This document shows positions 39,201 through 53,769 of a stretch of DNA of 64,000 nucleotides, piece after piece. Numbering within the stretch: the stretch's first letter is position 1; every line of letters starts with the position of its first letter. The stretch spans positions 16,597,881 to 16,661,880 of the forward strand of contig NC_092678.1 in the NCBI RefSeq assembly GCF_964355755.1. The letters are read 5' to 3'. The notes beneath the pieces were generated by a model, which saw only the letters and a list, made by a program, of their open reading frames with translations, ran no database searches and was not told the DNA's origin. The translations under genes and the position numbers were made by a program. This DNA is from Antedon mediterranea. Lineage: Eukaryota > Animalia > Echinodermata.

Positions 39201-42200
39201 TTAAGAGGGATTTCAATTAGTATACAAATAATATCATTTAAGTACATCGTCACTGCCGAAGTCTCTCTGTGAGGTAGACAAAACTTTCGAATACAATTAA
39301 GATTATACATCAAAATCAATTGGTGTGTAACTATTTAAAAAATATGTTTGGGCTGCATGCAAATTAATTCAATTCTCCTATTTTTAATTTGTTCCTAAGC
39401 TCTGTCTATACTATCAAACTTTATGCGAAAACAAAATGTGATGTGCCTTTATATGGATACGATGATGTCATATTAGTACGTCCATATTTAAACACATCGC
39501 ACTTTTTTTTTGCCGAATTAGTTGGATAGTGCTTTACACTATCACATTTTATGAAGCAAAAAATGTGATATGCTCAGGAATGTTCAGCATCGCATGTTAG
39601 CCAGATGTGAGAACTCATGCATCGGAATGGTTTGTAAGATGTAACATGTGACAGTGTATTTATGACATTTATTAGGATACTATACAGATTACCCACACTG
39701 GAGCTTGACGTTGATAGTGAAATTGTATCATCGCAGTAGGAAATAAGCGTCATGTGAGGAAACCTCAGTGAATTCTTGGAAAAGTACGGTACGGTTCGGT
39801 CTCTTTCCATTCAAGTAAATCTAACACGTGATCATCCGTATTCAGCACGGAATTTTAATGACCACTAATGTCCAACAGACATTCTGAATAAATTAATATG
39901 AAATCATGACGACCTGCTCTCCAAAGTACCTCTGTCTTTACAACTTTATGTGACAAAAAATATGATGTGCGATAATGTCATTTTACTATCATATTTGGAC
40001 ATTGGATATTTGGACAAGGCCATATACATGGCTGCAGTCGCGTGCTCAAGTTAGTGTTTACCGACCAACCGACCGACCGACCAACCAACCGACCGACATA
40101 GTGAGCTGTAGTTTGATAGTGTACTATTATGTTCTTTGGTTGGAAATAGCATATCAGGCCCGTTCCTTATAGATTTTAGGTGGCTTATCTGATGAATAAC
40201 AATTGGGTTTCCATAATAAATAATACCGGTACCCACTGTTTTAACAGATATTCTCGGCACATTGTTCCATTCTCAACGAATGAACTTGTTTGTATTGTTT
40301 TAAAGTCCATTCTTAATTTGTAACCATATCTAATTTGAACATTATTCTTTTTGTCTGCCCTTTGTTTTATCTGGTACGGTAATAACTAAAGATGTGTTGT
40401 CCCCCAAAAAACATGAAAAATTAAAATTAATATAATCAGACTTTATGCCATTGTGCGGTTTTAATAAAGTTATTATAAAGTTAGTGAAACGTCGTTATTT
40501 CACTTATAAAATACAAAAGAAACGGTTAATTTTAACCAAAAACCATTGTCTGACAGACGTTTTAGGTCAAAGTGAATAACTATTATTTGACATTAAAATG
40601 GCATATTCAACAAAAAATGTTTAAAAACAATTGTTAAGGGGACATTATATCTTTAAACTTCTTTATGTACTTTTAGAACACAAACTTCATGTGCAATTGG
40701 GACTATATTCGTTATTCTTAATGCAGTAAATTGTCTGTATTCTGAATTTGTTAGGGTGCGGGAAGTGTTTTTAAATAAGGTAAATGTGACTAAATGCAAG
40801 GAATGTAAACATTAACATAAGATTGGCATCGTCACCACGTGCATTTTGCGGTACCCTCAAAATTACAAATATGTTTTTGATTTTCGAAATAATGTGAGCA
40901 AATTGATTTTTTAGCTAAAACCGCATAAATCTCTGAGTATTTGGTTTTTCTGTGTATTATGGCTCCATCAAGTTTTCTAACTATTACGATAAAATTAACA
41001 GACCACAATACAATCGATACACTAAGGGTACAAAATGACTCATGGTAAACAATGCGGTTGTCACGACTACCTAACCAGGTTTCTCTCTCCCTTTCTATTT
41101 TCTATTTAAAATACAAGTGGACAGCCTTTAATATAATTAATATTTACAGTATATTTATATATTATTTATTTATTTAATGAAAATAATATTTCACAAGAAA
41201 ATGACGTCATGTAGCGACAGTATCTGTGCTGTCTTGCAGGATAAAATGTTTTCTTTTTGTATACCGATTTATCTTCATCCGTTATAGTAGGCTATAAACG
41301 GACATTTAAATTTGAGAGAAAATGGGCATGATCAAGGAAGGCATGCGTGCCAATTATTAGGACTACGTACGTTTTGGATTTGTTGTATTTGCTATGCAGT
41401 TAATCTGATTGCTTTATTCAACAAACGTTAAGACCTACCGTATTAAACTCTACTTCTATAGTTAACCTAATTGAAATCAATGTCGCTTGGCTTATAGCGT
41501 GGTATGAAATACGAGAAAAGGGGAAGATCGAAATTACGAGTTACGATGTCGCAAGCTCGTTGTCGGAATGTTTACAAGTTTAAACAAATAATAACTTTAT
41601 TCACAATCTCAGATCAAATTAAAAAAGTATACATGGACAAATTACAGTGTACTGTGATTATGAGTAAGAAAAAAAGGCCTAACCTAGTTGATGAACTAAT
41701 GTTCCTGCTGGCTTTACATGAGCTAGGCCTATCTACACAGCAATTTCCCTGATAGTCTCTAGATTAAAAATTGTACTTCAGGAGGCGGTTCTTTCAACCC
41801 TTACAAATACCATGTGCTTAGGGCAAGATGTTTTTTTTTCTCAAACGTTTTACAATGTCATAATAAAGTTATCCATCCAACAGCAAATGACTTCGCCAAT
41901 TAGCGGATTCAGGTTTTAGCACTCGAACTTAGTTACACCTTTAATATAACAATTAATTAAACTGGCAAAATATTTAATCTGGTTTTATTAATATTAAAAA
42001 TAATGGCTGTACATGGGACGGAAAGCAAGTCAACTCCACAAGGAACAGTTACGCTAGTTACGGTACGCTTTACCAGGGTTTTACGTTTATCCTTCCTATT
42101 CCCACTGTCAATATGTTTTGCGCAACTAAAATACTTAGAATTGCGGTGAGTTGCTCGGACCGCTTATGTTGACACAATTTACTTGCTTTTAGTTCTAAGC

Positions 42201-45200
42201 CTCACTTACCATTCTTAAAAGACTGAATACAGGGCTGAAAAAAGAACGATCACGTAAAAACGACATGCTCACGACTGGATACCTTGCGTTTTCACGTTCT
42301 CCCGTTTTGGTACTTTCCAAAGCTGCTATGCACTTTCCCGTAATCTATAACAATGAGGAAATTAAATAAAAGAACGACAAAATTAAACAACGAAATGAAC
42401 ATTATTTATATAAGTGAAAAAAAGTCAATAAAAGAAATCCTTGTACCAGGTGGTTGAGAATTGAACCAAGACTAGTTATTGTTTAAGCTAGGCAATATAC
42501 ATCAAGTATCATTTATTGTCAGTTGTTTTAAGAAAAAAACATAGAAATTCTGTTTACTCTGTTGGCGGAGCACAATATCCAAGGGAAACAACACGAACCC
42601 CCCCCCCCCCCCCAAAAAAAAAAAAAAACATTGGAAATAAAAAGCCTATAATATTAGTTCATTTCTACTACAATTGGTTTACTGAAAAGTTAATTATATT
42701 TATACAATATTAATTTGAAACCAGATGATATTTTTTGAGAATCTACATTGTTTTCGATCAAAATGTACCAGTTTTGAAGTCATTTCGATAATCGTCACGT
42801 GTTTAGAAACAGGTCACCCGTGACGAGATGGGTAAGTGCAGTAACTTCTATTGAGAAATTTTAATTCATAATTGAACATGCAATCGGTAGCTGATTGATT
42901 GATTGGTTTGTCTGCTGATCAATGTATTTACCTATTTTTTTACACGTCTCATAAAAAAATTGTCGGTTTCCGTCATAAACCTAAATTAATTGATCTCTGT
43001 CAATTTCATTTCTTTGTTCAAAACTAGAAAATAAATTAGTAGCCGTTGATTAACAATAGTGTTTACATCCGTTTTCCACGATTTGGGATAACCTATCTCT
43101 AGGCCCTAATTGGTCCATGGCCAGACGACCAAACCCACGTCCGCTCTGCTGTTCCAGAAACACAAAGCCGGGAAATCACGTTTGAAGTGACAAAAACTAC
43201 TTTATTAAAACAGGCCTAATTACCTTATTCAATCCCGCAAACTTTTAATGCAATGTCTTCATGACGACTCTAGATAAAAATTATATTTTATTTAATGTAT
43301 TATTAGCATAATGCTTATAAAATACTTGGAATTGAAGTTCCAACTCTCGATTATTGAGGTGCAACGGTATATTGTTTTAATAACTGGTCATCGCAGTTTC
43401 GTTATACGAATATCATGCCGTTGTTTTACTTCTGCAAATTGTCCCCCAAAAACAAATGAAGATTATTTAAATATGTTATTTTGTAGTTTTAATAAAGTTA
43501 ACCACTTTCGTAGAAAAAACCGAAAATGTTTTCACGTATAAAATGACAAAATAAATGGTTAAATTCAACCAAAAACGCATTAGATGGCAGTCAATTTGAC
43601 ACTTTTTTGCCTAAATAACAGTTTTTTTACAGGTAAATAATTTTTTTTCGATCCAATTTTTGGTCAAAGTGAATACGGTGACTATTATGTGAAATTAAAA
43701 TGGCATATTTTAAAAAAATGTTTAAGAATTATTTTGTCAGGGGGACAATATATCTTTAATATTTGATTGGTATAAAATTATGATTATACCTGAAATAAGA
43801 ATATTGTAGATCATGTTTATGCCTACCTGGGTGTGTTGATTTCAGAGTTATCACCTCGTAATATTGCTCGGAGTCGGCTAAAATATTACACTTGTTGCTG
43901 CTGCCGGATGTGTTATTCCATGGAGATTATTTCTCCGTGGTTATTCTTAAAACGTTATCACACCTTATGTTGGCCAAGAGTTCGTTATATTTTTTTAAAA
44001 CGTTTTAATCAGTTTTATTACCAGTATATTTATTTGTTTATCCGCATCAAGCGCAACGCCTTTGATTGCGTTAATTGTCTTGTTTTGATTGACGAATATA
44101 GAGAGTATGACCAATGTTGTGTGTATTTTTAATAAAACTATAATCGGTACATTTATGTGGGTAGGCCTAAGTGTTTGTAAGGCGAAGGTCACACGTTTGT
44201 TCTACTTTGTTATGAACTATTTGAATAGTAAATTTCCTGATAATTATTATGTAAAATATTATTATTCGAAAGTAAAAGAACTTTTACGGTATAAAACCAC
44301 GGTGTCTCTGTTTCAGCTTGAATTGTATTTAGTTAACAATAGACTGTTTAATTATGCTTGTGGTAAAAAGAAATACATGTGGTCCACTTGTCCTTTGTAA
44401 CGAACTATGGGAAAGTTAAAAATACAGTATCAATCTCTAATATTAGGGATCTAATGAGACAAAGGTCATTTTACTTCTAATTTTGATTCCTAAAAATGTA
44501 ATCAGTATAATTTAGGCCTTATACATATTAATCGTTTAATGGACGAATTTAGCATTTTTTTCATTTCTATTTCTTTTTTTTTTATTTACTTATCTCTTTT
44601 TGACCATATTTAAAGAGGGTGATCCATCCAGCAATTGCTGATCATTCACAAGACAAACATATACACAAGATGCTTTACATAAACAAAGTCTTATTACAAG
44701 TCTTTGGAAGTATGGGGAGATGTAATTTTGTACTTAGAAAAAATCCTGACATGTGGCGGGACGTAAACCCAGAAACCTTGGAGTGGTAGCCTAGCATCAT
44801 AACCACCAAGCAACAACTTCACTCCTGTTTCTGTTTTAAAGATTTTTAAAGATAAAATTGAGGGGACAGTAAAAAAAACTATCCCATTGGAGAAACATGT
44901 CCGCTTTGAAGGGGTTGATTGTGTTAACACACTCCCATCTTTGTATACGTTCGTGCACCGACTGTGTCCACAATACAGTGTCCCATGGGAGCTCGACTGC
45001 ATCTATCTCACATCATGTAGGCCTATATAATATAAACTTTTTCTTTTGTGGTTAACCATCATCTACGTCTCTATCTTAGACAGATCTTTAATTTATTTTT
45101 TTTACAATTTTCACACTAGTTAGGCCTACTCTTTTGGAATAAGTAGCGGTTCCAAGATTAGTAAAGTGTGAGTTGGGCAGTATAGGATCGCATTCTCAAA

Positions 45201-48200
45201 GTCTCTCGCACGCCCCACAACAGAACATTCAAAAGTTTTCGTCCCACACCCCAAGAGGTGTACCCCCACCCCTGCCCACACACACACATAAGAGCATTGC
45301 CTTTGCTAAATTGTTCGGTTTAAAAGCGATTGTGTTGATGTTTGAACAGTCTCATTTGTTCCAGCTTATGACTTGCTTTGTGTTTATCGGATATATTGTT
45401 TTTTTTAACTTTGTTTCTGGCCACTTACCGTGCTCTCCAGATGGTGTTGAAAATAGTGCTGGTCACATTGTTTCATTAATTCAATTATTTGGTTTGTTCA
45501 CATTTCTACACAATAGGCCTAGAAAATATATACTTTAGCAGACCTACGGACTGATTGTCTTATTGCGTTGATATTATTATCATGGAGGAAAGAATTGTTA
45601 CCGTACGTTATTAATTTGTGTCGGAATTCTAAATTTAATGTGACATCATTTTAATATAGGCCTACGTTCAAATTTATAGATGTTCAAATATTAACATTTA
45701 TTTAATTTATTTCTTAATAAAGAAAAAATGTACGACATAGCCTCATTAAATATGTATTACTATTTGTTTTATATTCACATTTCTAAACAATATGCTACAA
45801 ATCTACTTTATCAGGCCTAATGCCGATGGTCCTATTACGTTGTTAATAACTAATATACCGTAGTTAATATCAATTATCATGCAGTAAAAAATAATACTCA
45901 ATATGTTACGTTATTCCGTCGTTATTCAAATTTATTATTATAAGGACATTTTTTATAAAATTTCACGTCATGTTAATCGTTTAAACATACGTAACATTTA
46001 GAGATGTTTCAAATATTAAGATATTGACATGATTTCGTAAGTGGTAAAAAAGAAAAAAGGTACGATAGGCTTCATCAAAACCAATTAAATGCAACGACTA
46101 TTTTGTATAAAGCGAAAGAAACTCGCATGCCATTTTGGTTTAGGTATATAGGTCTACACATTTTTTAAACTCCATAGTTAAGTCAACTATACCGTAGTAT
46201 AGTAATACATCTTTAGATATTTACTAATACTCGACATGATAATGATCAGGGACATCCATCCTCAGCTGCAGCGCTGTATTGTAGACACTAACATTAGTGT
46301 TACATACTTAATGATACAATTCTTTCAAAATAAAAATATCGGCCTAAATGTTTCATATACAATAAATAACCAACTGTAATTAAAATAATTTATAAAAAAG
46401 AAAATAATTATTGCCATGTTTTATCGATTATTCATTATTAGTGTATAGCTTCCAGTGTGGAAATAAAATCAAATTTCTTACCCGATATTGTTGTTTGGTG
46501 GTACGTGATGTCAGGAAAGACTGAAATACCGTCTGTGCTTCCCAATCAGAAAATGATTTTAAATATCCCTTTCTTTCGATTAGACTGTTCTTTGTGTTCT
46601 TTGTTGCCAACTTCTTGAACCTCAGAACAACGGGTATGTTTTGTTTACAGTGTTCCTAATCATTAGAGCGCCCTCTACTCAATATACCTTGTGGCACAAG
46701 GTCGTGTCACACCACATGTTGTACACAGTATAGTACGTTAGGAAATTCCTGCCTGTTACTGGCATTCTTCAACCAAGCAATGAAAGGTTTGCAGATTCAA
46801 ATCAGTACCTACATTACAGGCCAAAACTCTACTAGACTGGTGATTTAGCCGCGACAACTTCGCTTGTACTAGAATAGGCCTGCCTATGCCATTCTATGCC
46901 TAGTAGTAGACATAGATAGGAATAGAGGCTAGCCTAGTTTATTATAGACCTGTCCTCACTAACCCGACCGGCTGTGCAGCAGTGAGTGTGGTTTTGGAGT
47001 CCTATCTAGGCCTAGTAATATTGTGAGGTATCTCGGCGGCCTAGGCAGTATAGTTTATAAATCAAACCGCGGAGGAATCAAACCATACAAGTTTTATCTA
47101 AATAATTATTATACATAATTTAAACAAATGTATACTCAACGCTACTACTACTTATCTATGAAAATATTTAGGCCTATAATAATTTTTAAATATATTATTA
47201 GTAAATTTCATATTATGAATGAAAAAGCATAAATAAACAGTGCCTGAAAAGGAGTATTATTTGGGCCTAGATATAAGTATAGTCTATAGGCCTACCTACT
47301 TTTGTGAATCAGACTTGACTCTTTTTATCTTGATTGAATTGTTATCCATGATTTTCAAGAAATGTTCTTTAAATTGTTCATACTGTATATACAGTATATA
47401 TTTGTTGGTATCTTTATATTCAATCACAAAAAAAAAATACATTGCAGCATAAAACGATTGATTGTAGTATAGGCCTAGGCCTTTGTAGTATAGGCCTAGG
47501 CCTATAGGTAAATCACACAGATGATATAAAAAACACAAAGACATAATACAATTGAATGTAGATTCTGTTTTGCATTCAAAATTCACACAATTGGAAACAA
47601 GAGCCGAAATGAATTGATGTCAGTCAGTTTTTTTGTATGGACCCTTAGTCTGGCTCCTGTATATTACAAATAGGTAATAGTGACTGTGGAATGTCAATTC
47701 ACTAGCAGATTGAATTTAATTTTTCAGGTATTCACATAGAAATCTGATCGTAAACATGTTCCGTCACCATGATTTTTTGAAGATACTTCGTCAGATGATG
47801 GAGAGTATGAGAAGGCTGTTATGGTCACCAGGATCTTGACCTAAGTCAAGAGTAGAGTAGTGCTGCTGGATTTTCAACTCAATGGCTCTACTTTTGTAAG
47901 GTGCGTGAAGACTACTTGTTATTTTAGTAGTATTTTTAGTATTTACAGTATGTGACTGACTCACTTTTTACGCATGGTATTGGACCAAAACCTCATGTAC
48001 ATAAAACATAAGAAAACTTTAATATAGCACAGTCGAGTAAACTGGTGATAATCACTGCGTTGTCCGCTGAACTGTGAACCATGTTTGCGTCGGTCCATGG
48101 CTCGAATCCCATAGTCGCTCTCTTGTGTGTTCAAACTGGCGGGTTGGAAAACATGTAGATAGCGTACTGTATTTCGAACGAGACTTTAATGTTGCACACA

Positions 48201-49202
48201 GCTGCTTATGTGCACATACTGCACTCTTCGTGCAAGTATAGGGATCGTCTTCCGGTGTACTGCCCAATTCACTGGAAACAAGGAGTGTAGTGGGTTATCA
48301 TTTGGTGTGCAACACCAAAAATAATATTAAACAATTTACTTTTCACAAAGTAATACAATTTCTTGTCTTAAATGTATGTTTTATGGTAAATTATGATAAA
48401 AAGAGAGAAACCATTTACTACCTAAGTAGGTAGCTCTGAATGACGTTTCGTGAAAGGTCTTTAGCCTGGCTAGGCTTAGTTTGTAGGTTGTAACGTACAA
48501 ACATCGTACACTAGCTATAGGCCTAGCTTAACGTTGTCTAGTTGCTGCATTAATTGTCTTTCTGTTTTTACCAGAATCCGTTAATAAAAATTTGGAGATA
48601 TCTGGTACTTTGCTTGGTTTGACCTCACGATTGATTTTAAAGTGGATGAATTACAGAAAAAAAAAATATATATAAATCCCTGTGCAATGCATGTTGAGAT
48701 TTGTAGTGGGACACTTAATGATTAGAATCGACCTATTTTTCACATTTTTAACCTTTTAAAGTTATCCCAATAGGACCATATAGTATTTATTTTTACATGA
48801 AATGTAGTTTGTGAGCTTAAATTAGATCTAGAAAATGTAGGAGCTGTGTTTAGAGAAGAAGGAATATTTAAGCACTTAATCAGCTAATATTCAAAGTGTT
48901 TTTGAAAAAAAAAAAATATCGATCCTCCCTCAGAAAATTGTTGAATTAATGCTCTCTAGTCTTAGAAAACATTTTCAGGAATCTGAGAAAAAATGTTGAC
49001 CGATAATTCACTGCAAGAAAATTTGTTTTTTATTAGGATGTTTTTAAAATTGCGGTTTGTTTTTTTTTTCTTCATATTTTCTATAACTTAATACTTATGT
49101 ATGTGTTATGCCACTAACTGTTGCTGTCACAACCCTTTGACTGCCCGTGCCACAATAAAATAAAATAAATAATTATAATAAATAGCCAATCAAACCCTTA
49201 TA

Positions 49203-49750
49203 CAGTAGAACCTTCATTTTACGTACGGTACAGGACCAAAAGGCATACGTAAAACATAGGATTCGTAAAATCCAGGTTGACCTTAAATTGACCCCCAAAT
49301 ACGTAGATCGTAGCTAAAAGGCTGTCGTGTTTACCTACTTGACTCATGCAGTGGTCACTAGCTTAGTCTAGACTAATGTATACCTAGCTAGATGTGAGGC
49401 CTAACTAGAAAAGTATATGCAGGCTGTGCAATGTTTAAATAAAGGGTTATATAAATAAACAAGAACAAGGCCATATACATTGCTGCAGTGGCATGCTCAA
49501 GTTAGAGTGTTTACCAACCAACCGACCGACATAGTGAGCTGTATCAATGTTTTTGTATTTTCTATCAATACAAGCAGTCGCTGCTGTAGGAGTAATGTCT
49601 CACAGCCTTGACTTTGTGGTGTGTTGTTAAATTGCGCCCTCAATGTAAGAAAATAGCACTATTTACTAAACATGACGTCATCGGTCATTTTATGCGTACA
49701 TAAAATCCAGGGAACGTAAAATCAGGGTAAATAAAACACAGGTTCTAGTG
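49203..49750. mobile_element. Tc1/mariner-type MITE with a TA duplication
   Basis: ta|cagtagaacc ... ggttctagtg|ta; repeated cgtaaaatc motifs. Confidence 0.65.
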
Positions 49751-50298
49751 TACATTAAACAGTTGCTACATGTATGACAACATTAATTTATCAATAATTA
49801 ATGTGCCTGTTGAATGATTGAAATTTATATTAGGGTAGCTTAAAGATGTATTGTCCCCCTGAAAAAAAAAAATTTGAACAAAAAAGTTTGTTGAAAATTC
49901 CATTTTAAAGTAACATAATAGTTATCCACTTTGACCAAAAATTGGATAAAAAAAAATGTATTTACCTGAAAAAAAATGTAATTTAAAGCAGAAAATCATC
50001 AATTTGGCTGCCTGCCAATGGATTTTTGGTTGAATTTGACCATTTATTGTGTCACTTTTATAAGTGAAAACACTTTTTTTTTTCTATGGAAGTTATTAAC
50101 TTTATTAAAACTACAAAATAACATACTCAAAGTCTGATTGAATTAATCTTCATTTTTCATGTTTTTGGGGGACGATACATTAAGTAATTTACTGATGTGT
50201 GTCCAATTTCGGCATCCAAAGCTATCAAGATGAACCTTTGTTTAAATTAACAGAATGAATTTGACTAGGCAGGCATACTGCAAGTACATACAATTGGT

Positions 50299-51150
50299 TA
50301 GTCTGGGCTCCAGACGGAGTTTTGTCTTAATATTAGTAAAAATATAAATATTTGTGCACATATGGCGTGTCATACGTGTATTACTTTAGTTTGGATACTC
50401 CGTCTGGGGAAACACGCAAAAGTCACGTGGTTTGACGCCAAGAATTCTTGGTGCATAGATTATCTGGTTGACTAGTTTCAGCTGCATGCGATTGGCTACT
50501 CACTCATACACTCATTTTAATATTCATATTTCAGAATTTCAAAGACGCAACAACTAAGATGGTGCGCATGCGCTATGTTACGTTTAGACAATGTGTACTT
50601 GGGTACATTGATGAAAGTTTCTGAAGGCTAGAAATGATTTTATATGCCAAGTAGTCTGGTAAACATTTGATGGGATTTTTCCCAAACATTGAATGGATCA
50701 TTTATTAGGCGGAGATAATTTGATTTAATTCCCACCCTGTCCTGTTCTGTGGTGTAGCCCTGTTGTGTGCCGGTGGTGGTGGTATGTATGTTTTATTTGG
50801 CAGGTCATACGTGCGAGTTGAGTAGGACCTACAAAGGAGGTAAAAAAACAACTTGGCAACACGATTTTATATTTCAACAGTCTCGATCGTACATTCAGCA
50901 CTGTACGTACTAAATCTTTTTCGTTTTAAAACAAAATGATCATTGGTTGATTCGAAATCCATATTTACATACCGGCCGCCCCATATAGCCAAATACGGTA
51001 TGATAACCTACGTCATTCTTATCGGATGTTTGCGGTGTGCAAATCGATTTCTATACGTGTTTCACAAGTCTGTATTTTCAGACAAAAATCGCGGTCGAAA
51101 TAAAAACAAATAAATAAAAAAAAAGACAATACAGACTTGGGGCAAGTCTA
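50299..51150. mobile_element. Non-autonomous element with TAG..CTA termini and a 9-bp TSD (AcademH-like)
   Basis: acaattggt|tagtctgggctccagac ... agacttggggcaagtcta|acaattggt. Each end forms its own hairpin. Confidence 0.75.
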
Positions 51151-52008
51151 ACAATTGGTTAGTGGGTCATTCCATGCCAACTCAACAAATTTTCAGAAAA
51201 TCATGGCTGGGTACCCCCTCAGATTTTCTTGAAACTTTCATATACAGTAATATGCAACTATATGTCTCACGAACACACCAACAATTTCAGTTGCCAACTC
51301 CAAGTCGTTAAAAAGTTATGGCCATTTGAAAATGTGTCGTCTGTAGAATTTTTGGTCTTAATAAATTACCTTTTTGTAAAGTTGCATTTTTAATTAGCCA
51401 TATTTTAAAAACTATTAAAGCTAATAAGCTGAATATTGATACACTGACATAATTTGGATCATAGATTAAAAATATATTTTTTAAATGGCTGTATCTCAAT
51501 TAATTTCCGAGATTTTGGTCCCTAGAGACCCCAATTTATTTTGTCGCAAACAATTTCGGCAACTTTTACCCCTTATTTAAATATGAAAATACATTTTTAA
51601 ATTGATTTTTTTCCTATACAATATTAATATATGGTGCTAAATGTATCCATACAAAAAAGTTCATCATTATTAAAAATTCATCTTAGGGGTACACTGCACG
51701 TCAAAAAGTCACTCAGGACACAAAATACAAAAAATCATTACTTTTTCGTTTTTTAACTTTGACCTTGTGGGCAATTATTCCCAAAGTTGAAACTCATCAT
51801 ACAAGTTTATCAATGCATAATTGAGCTATGTTCCAAATACCAGTTTGGTGTCTTTATTCCTTCATGTCTAAATATGACTATGAAATGAAGGCGTTTTGTG
51901 TATATTGTAGCAATTTCAATGTAAAACGTTCTATCGTCAATTTTCGGAAGATCATAATTTCAGCATTTTATCTTTTAGTGCTTTCAATTCATTCAATTTT
52001 AGACAATT

Positions 52009-52848
52009 TTTGGCCCTGAATCAATTTCTGCAACATTCAAAGTAACAAAATGAATAGTTTAAGAGATATACATGGTCAAAAATGGCTCAAGTGCATAATT
52101 AGTGTGCACATATTGGCACAATTGCGACATTTAAATAGACATTAAGTTTTATACTGAAACCCCTAGAACACATCACAACTTGTTATCCTAGCAAACCTTT
52201 TGGCCCTGAATCCATTTCTGCAACATTCAAAGTATACAAAATGAATAGTTTAAGAGATACACATGGTCAAAAATGGCTCAAGTGCATAATTAGTGTGCAC
52301 ATATTGGCACAATTGCGACATTTAAATAGACATTAAGTTTTATACTGAAACCCCTAGAACACATCACAACTTGTTATCCTAGCAAAGCTTTTGATCCTGA
52401 ATCCATTTCTGCTTCATTCAAAGTAACAAAATGAATAGTTTTAAAGATATACATAGGCAAAAATGGCTCAAGTGCACAATTAGTGTGCACATATTGCTAC
52501 AGTATGATCGCGATATTTAAATGAACATAAGTTTAATACTAAAACCTCTAAAACATCACAACTTGTTATCCTAGCAAAGCTTTTGATCCTGAATCCATTT
52601 CTGCTTCATTCAAAGTAACAAAATGAATAGTTTTAAAGATATACATAGGCAAAAATGGCTCAAGTGCACAACTAGTGTGCACATATTGCTACAGTATGAT
52701 CGCGATATTTAAATGAACATAAGTTTAATACTAAAACCTCTAAAACATCACAACTTGTTATCCTAGCAAAACTTTTGATCCCGATTCCATTTTTGCAATC
52801 ATTAAATTAACAAAATCAATAGTTTTAAAGATATAAGTGCTCAAAATG
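52009..52848 (+). repeat. ~190-bp tandem array in the left arm (4 full units plus 1 partial)
   Basis: Units start near 52009, 52198, 52389, 52580 and 52772 (tttt(gg/ga)..ctgaatccatttctgc). Confidence 0.92.
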
Positions 52849-53769
52849 TGCACAAATTTGATCATTATCAAGTAATGTATGTGTGTCTCTCTCTCTCCGC
52901 GCGCCGCGTGTATACTGAAACACCTATACAGTAGCTAGCTTCTCCAAAATGATACAGTTTTAAAGATAATACAGTAAACCCAAAGAATGAATCTAATGCA
53001 GAGGTAATGCAGATTATATCCTGAATTGGAATATAGCACTGATTAATGTAGAGAATCTGCTGGTTAAGATATAGAGCATTGGTGCGCGCTTCTTGGATAT
53101 GTTCATGAATTTTACATAGACACATTCATTCTTCTGATCTTTCAAGTATTGTTCCAATGTACCATTCTTTATCATAAGTACTTTTATAAAAAGATGACTA
53201 TATTTGAGAGGGAACACCACTACCTATATTGTATACACATTTTGTTAGGAAATTTATCTCAGCCCGTTCAACTAACGTACTGTATATGATGGACATACAT
53301 AAAATTATGTACGTACGTCCATTATATATAACACCACTGTTTCAATACGGAAGAAAAGTTCTTACAGCGCGTTTGATTGTTTTTGTTAGCGCGAGCCTTT
53401 TCATGACGTCATTTGGTCTGTTTATTTTTAGATTTGCTACGTAAATGTATCGATGTGGAAGCGGTAGTATCATGCTCATAGATCAACAATTATGTCTTAA
53501 ATATAAGGCTAAACACGACTATTATTATATTTTTTGATAAAATATATTACATAATTCCACAGAATATAACTTACAATTGGAATAATAAAAGAAAATACGC
53601 ACAATAATAATGTAAACATAGTCGAATTTTAGAGCCTAGCGCGCGCTACTTATCGAACGATCGAACACAGAAGCGAAAAAAAATAGCCGCCCTAAGAAAC
53701 TCTAATGCAGAAAATCCCCCGCTAATCTTATATTCTATTTAAAGTGTAAGTGTTCTATAGATATTTAAC

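Noticed and set aside
44694-45002. 102-aa ORF as a host gene
   Set aside because: No splice or domain support. It has at most a faint resemblance to a decayed LINE 3' end, too weak to annotate.
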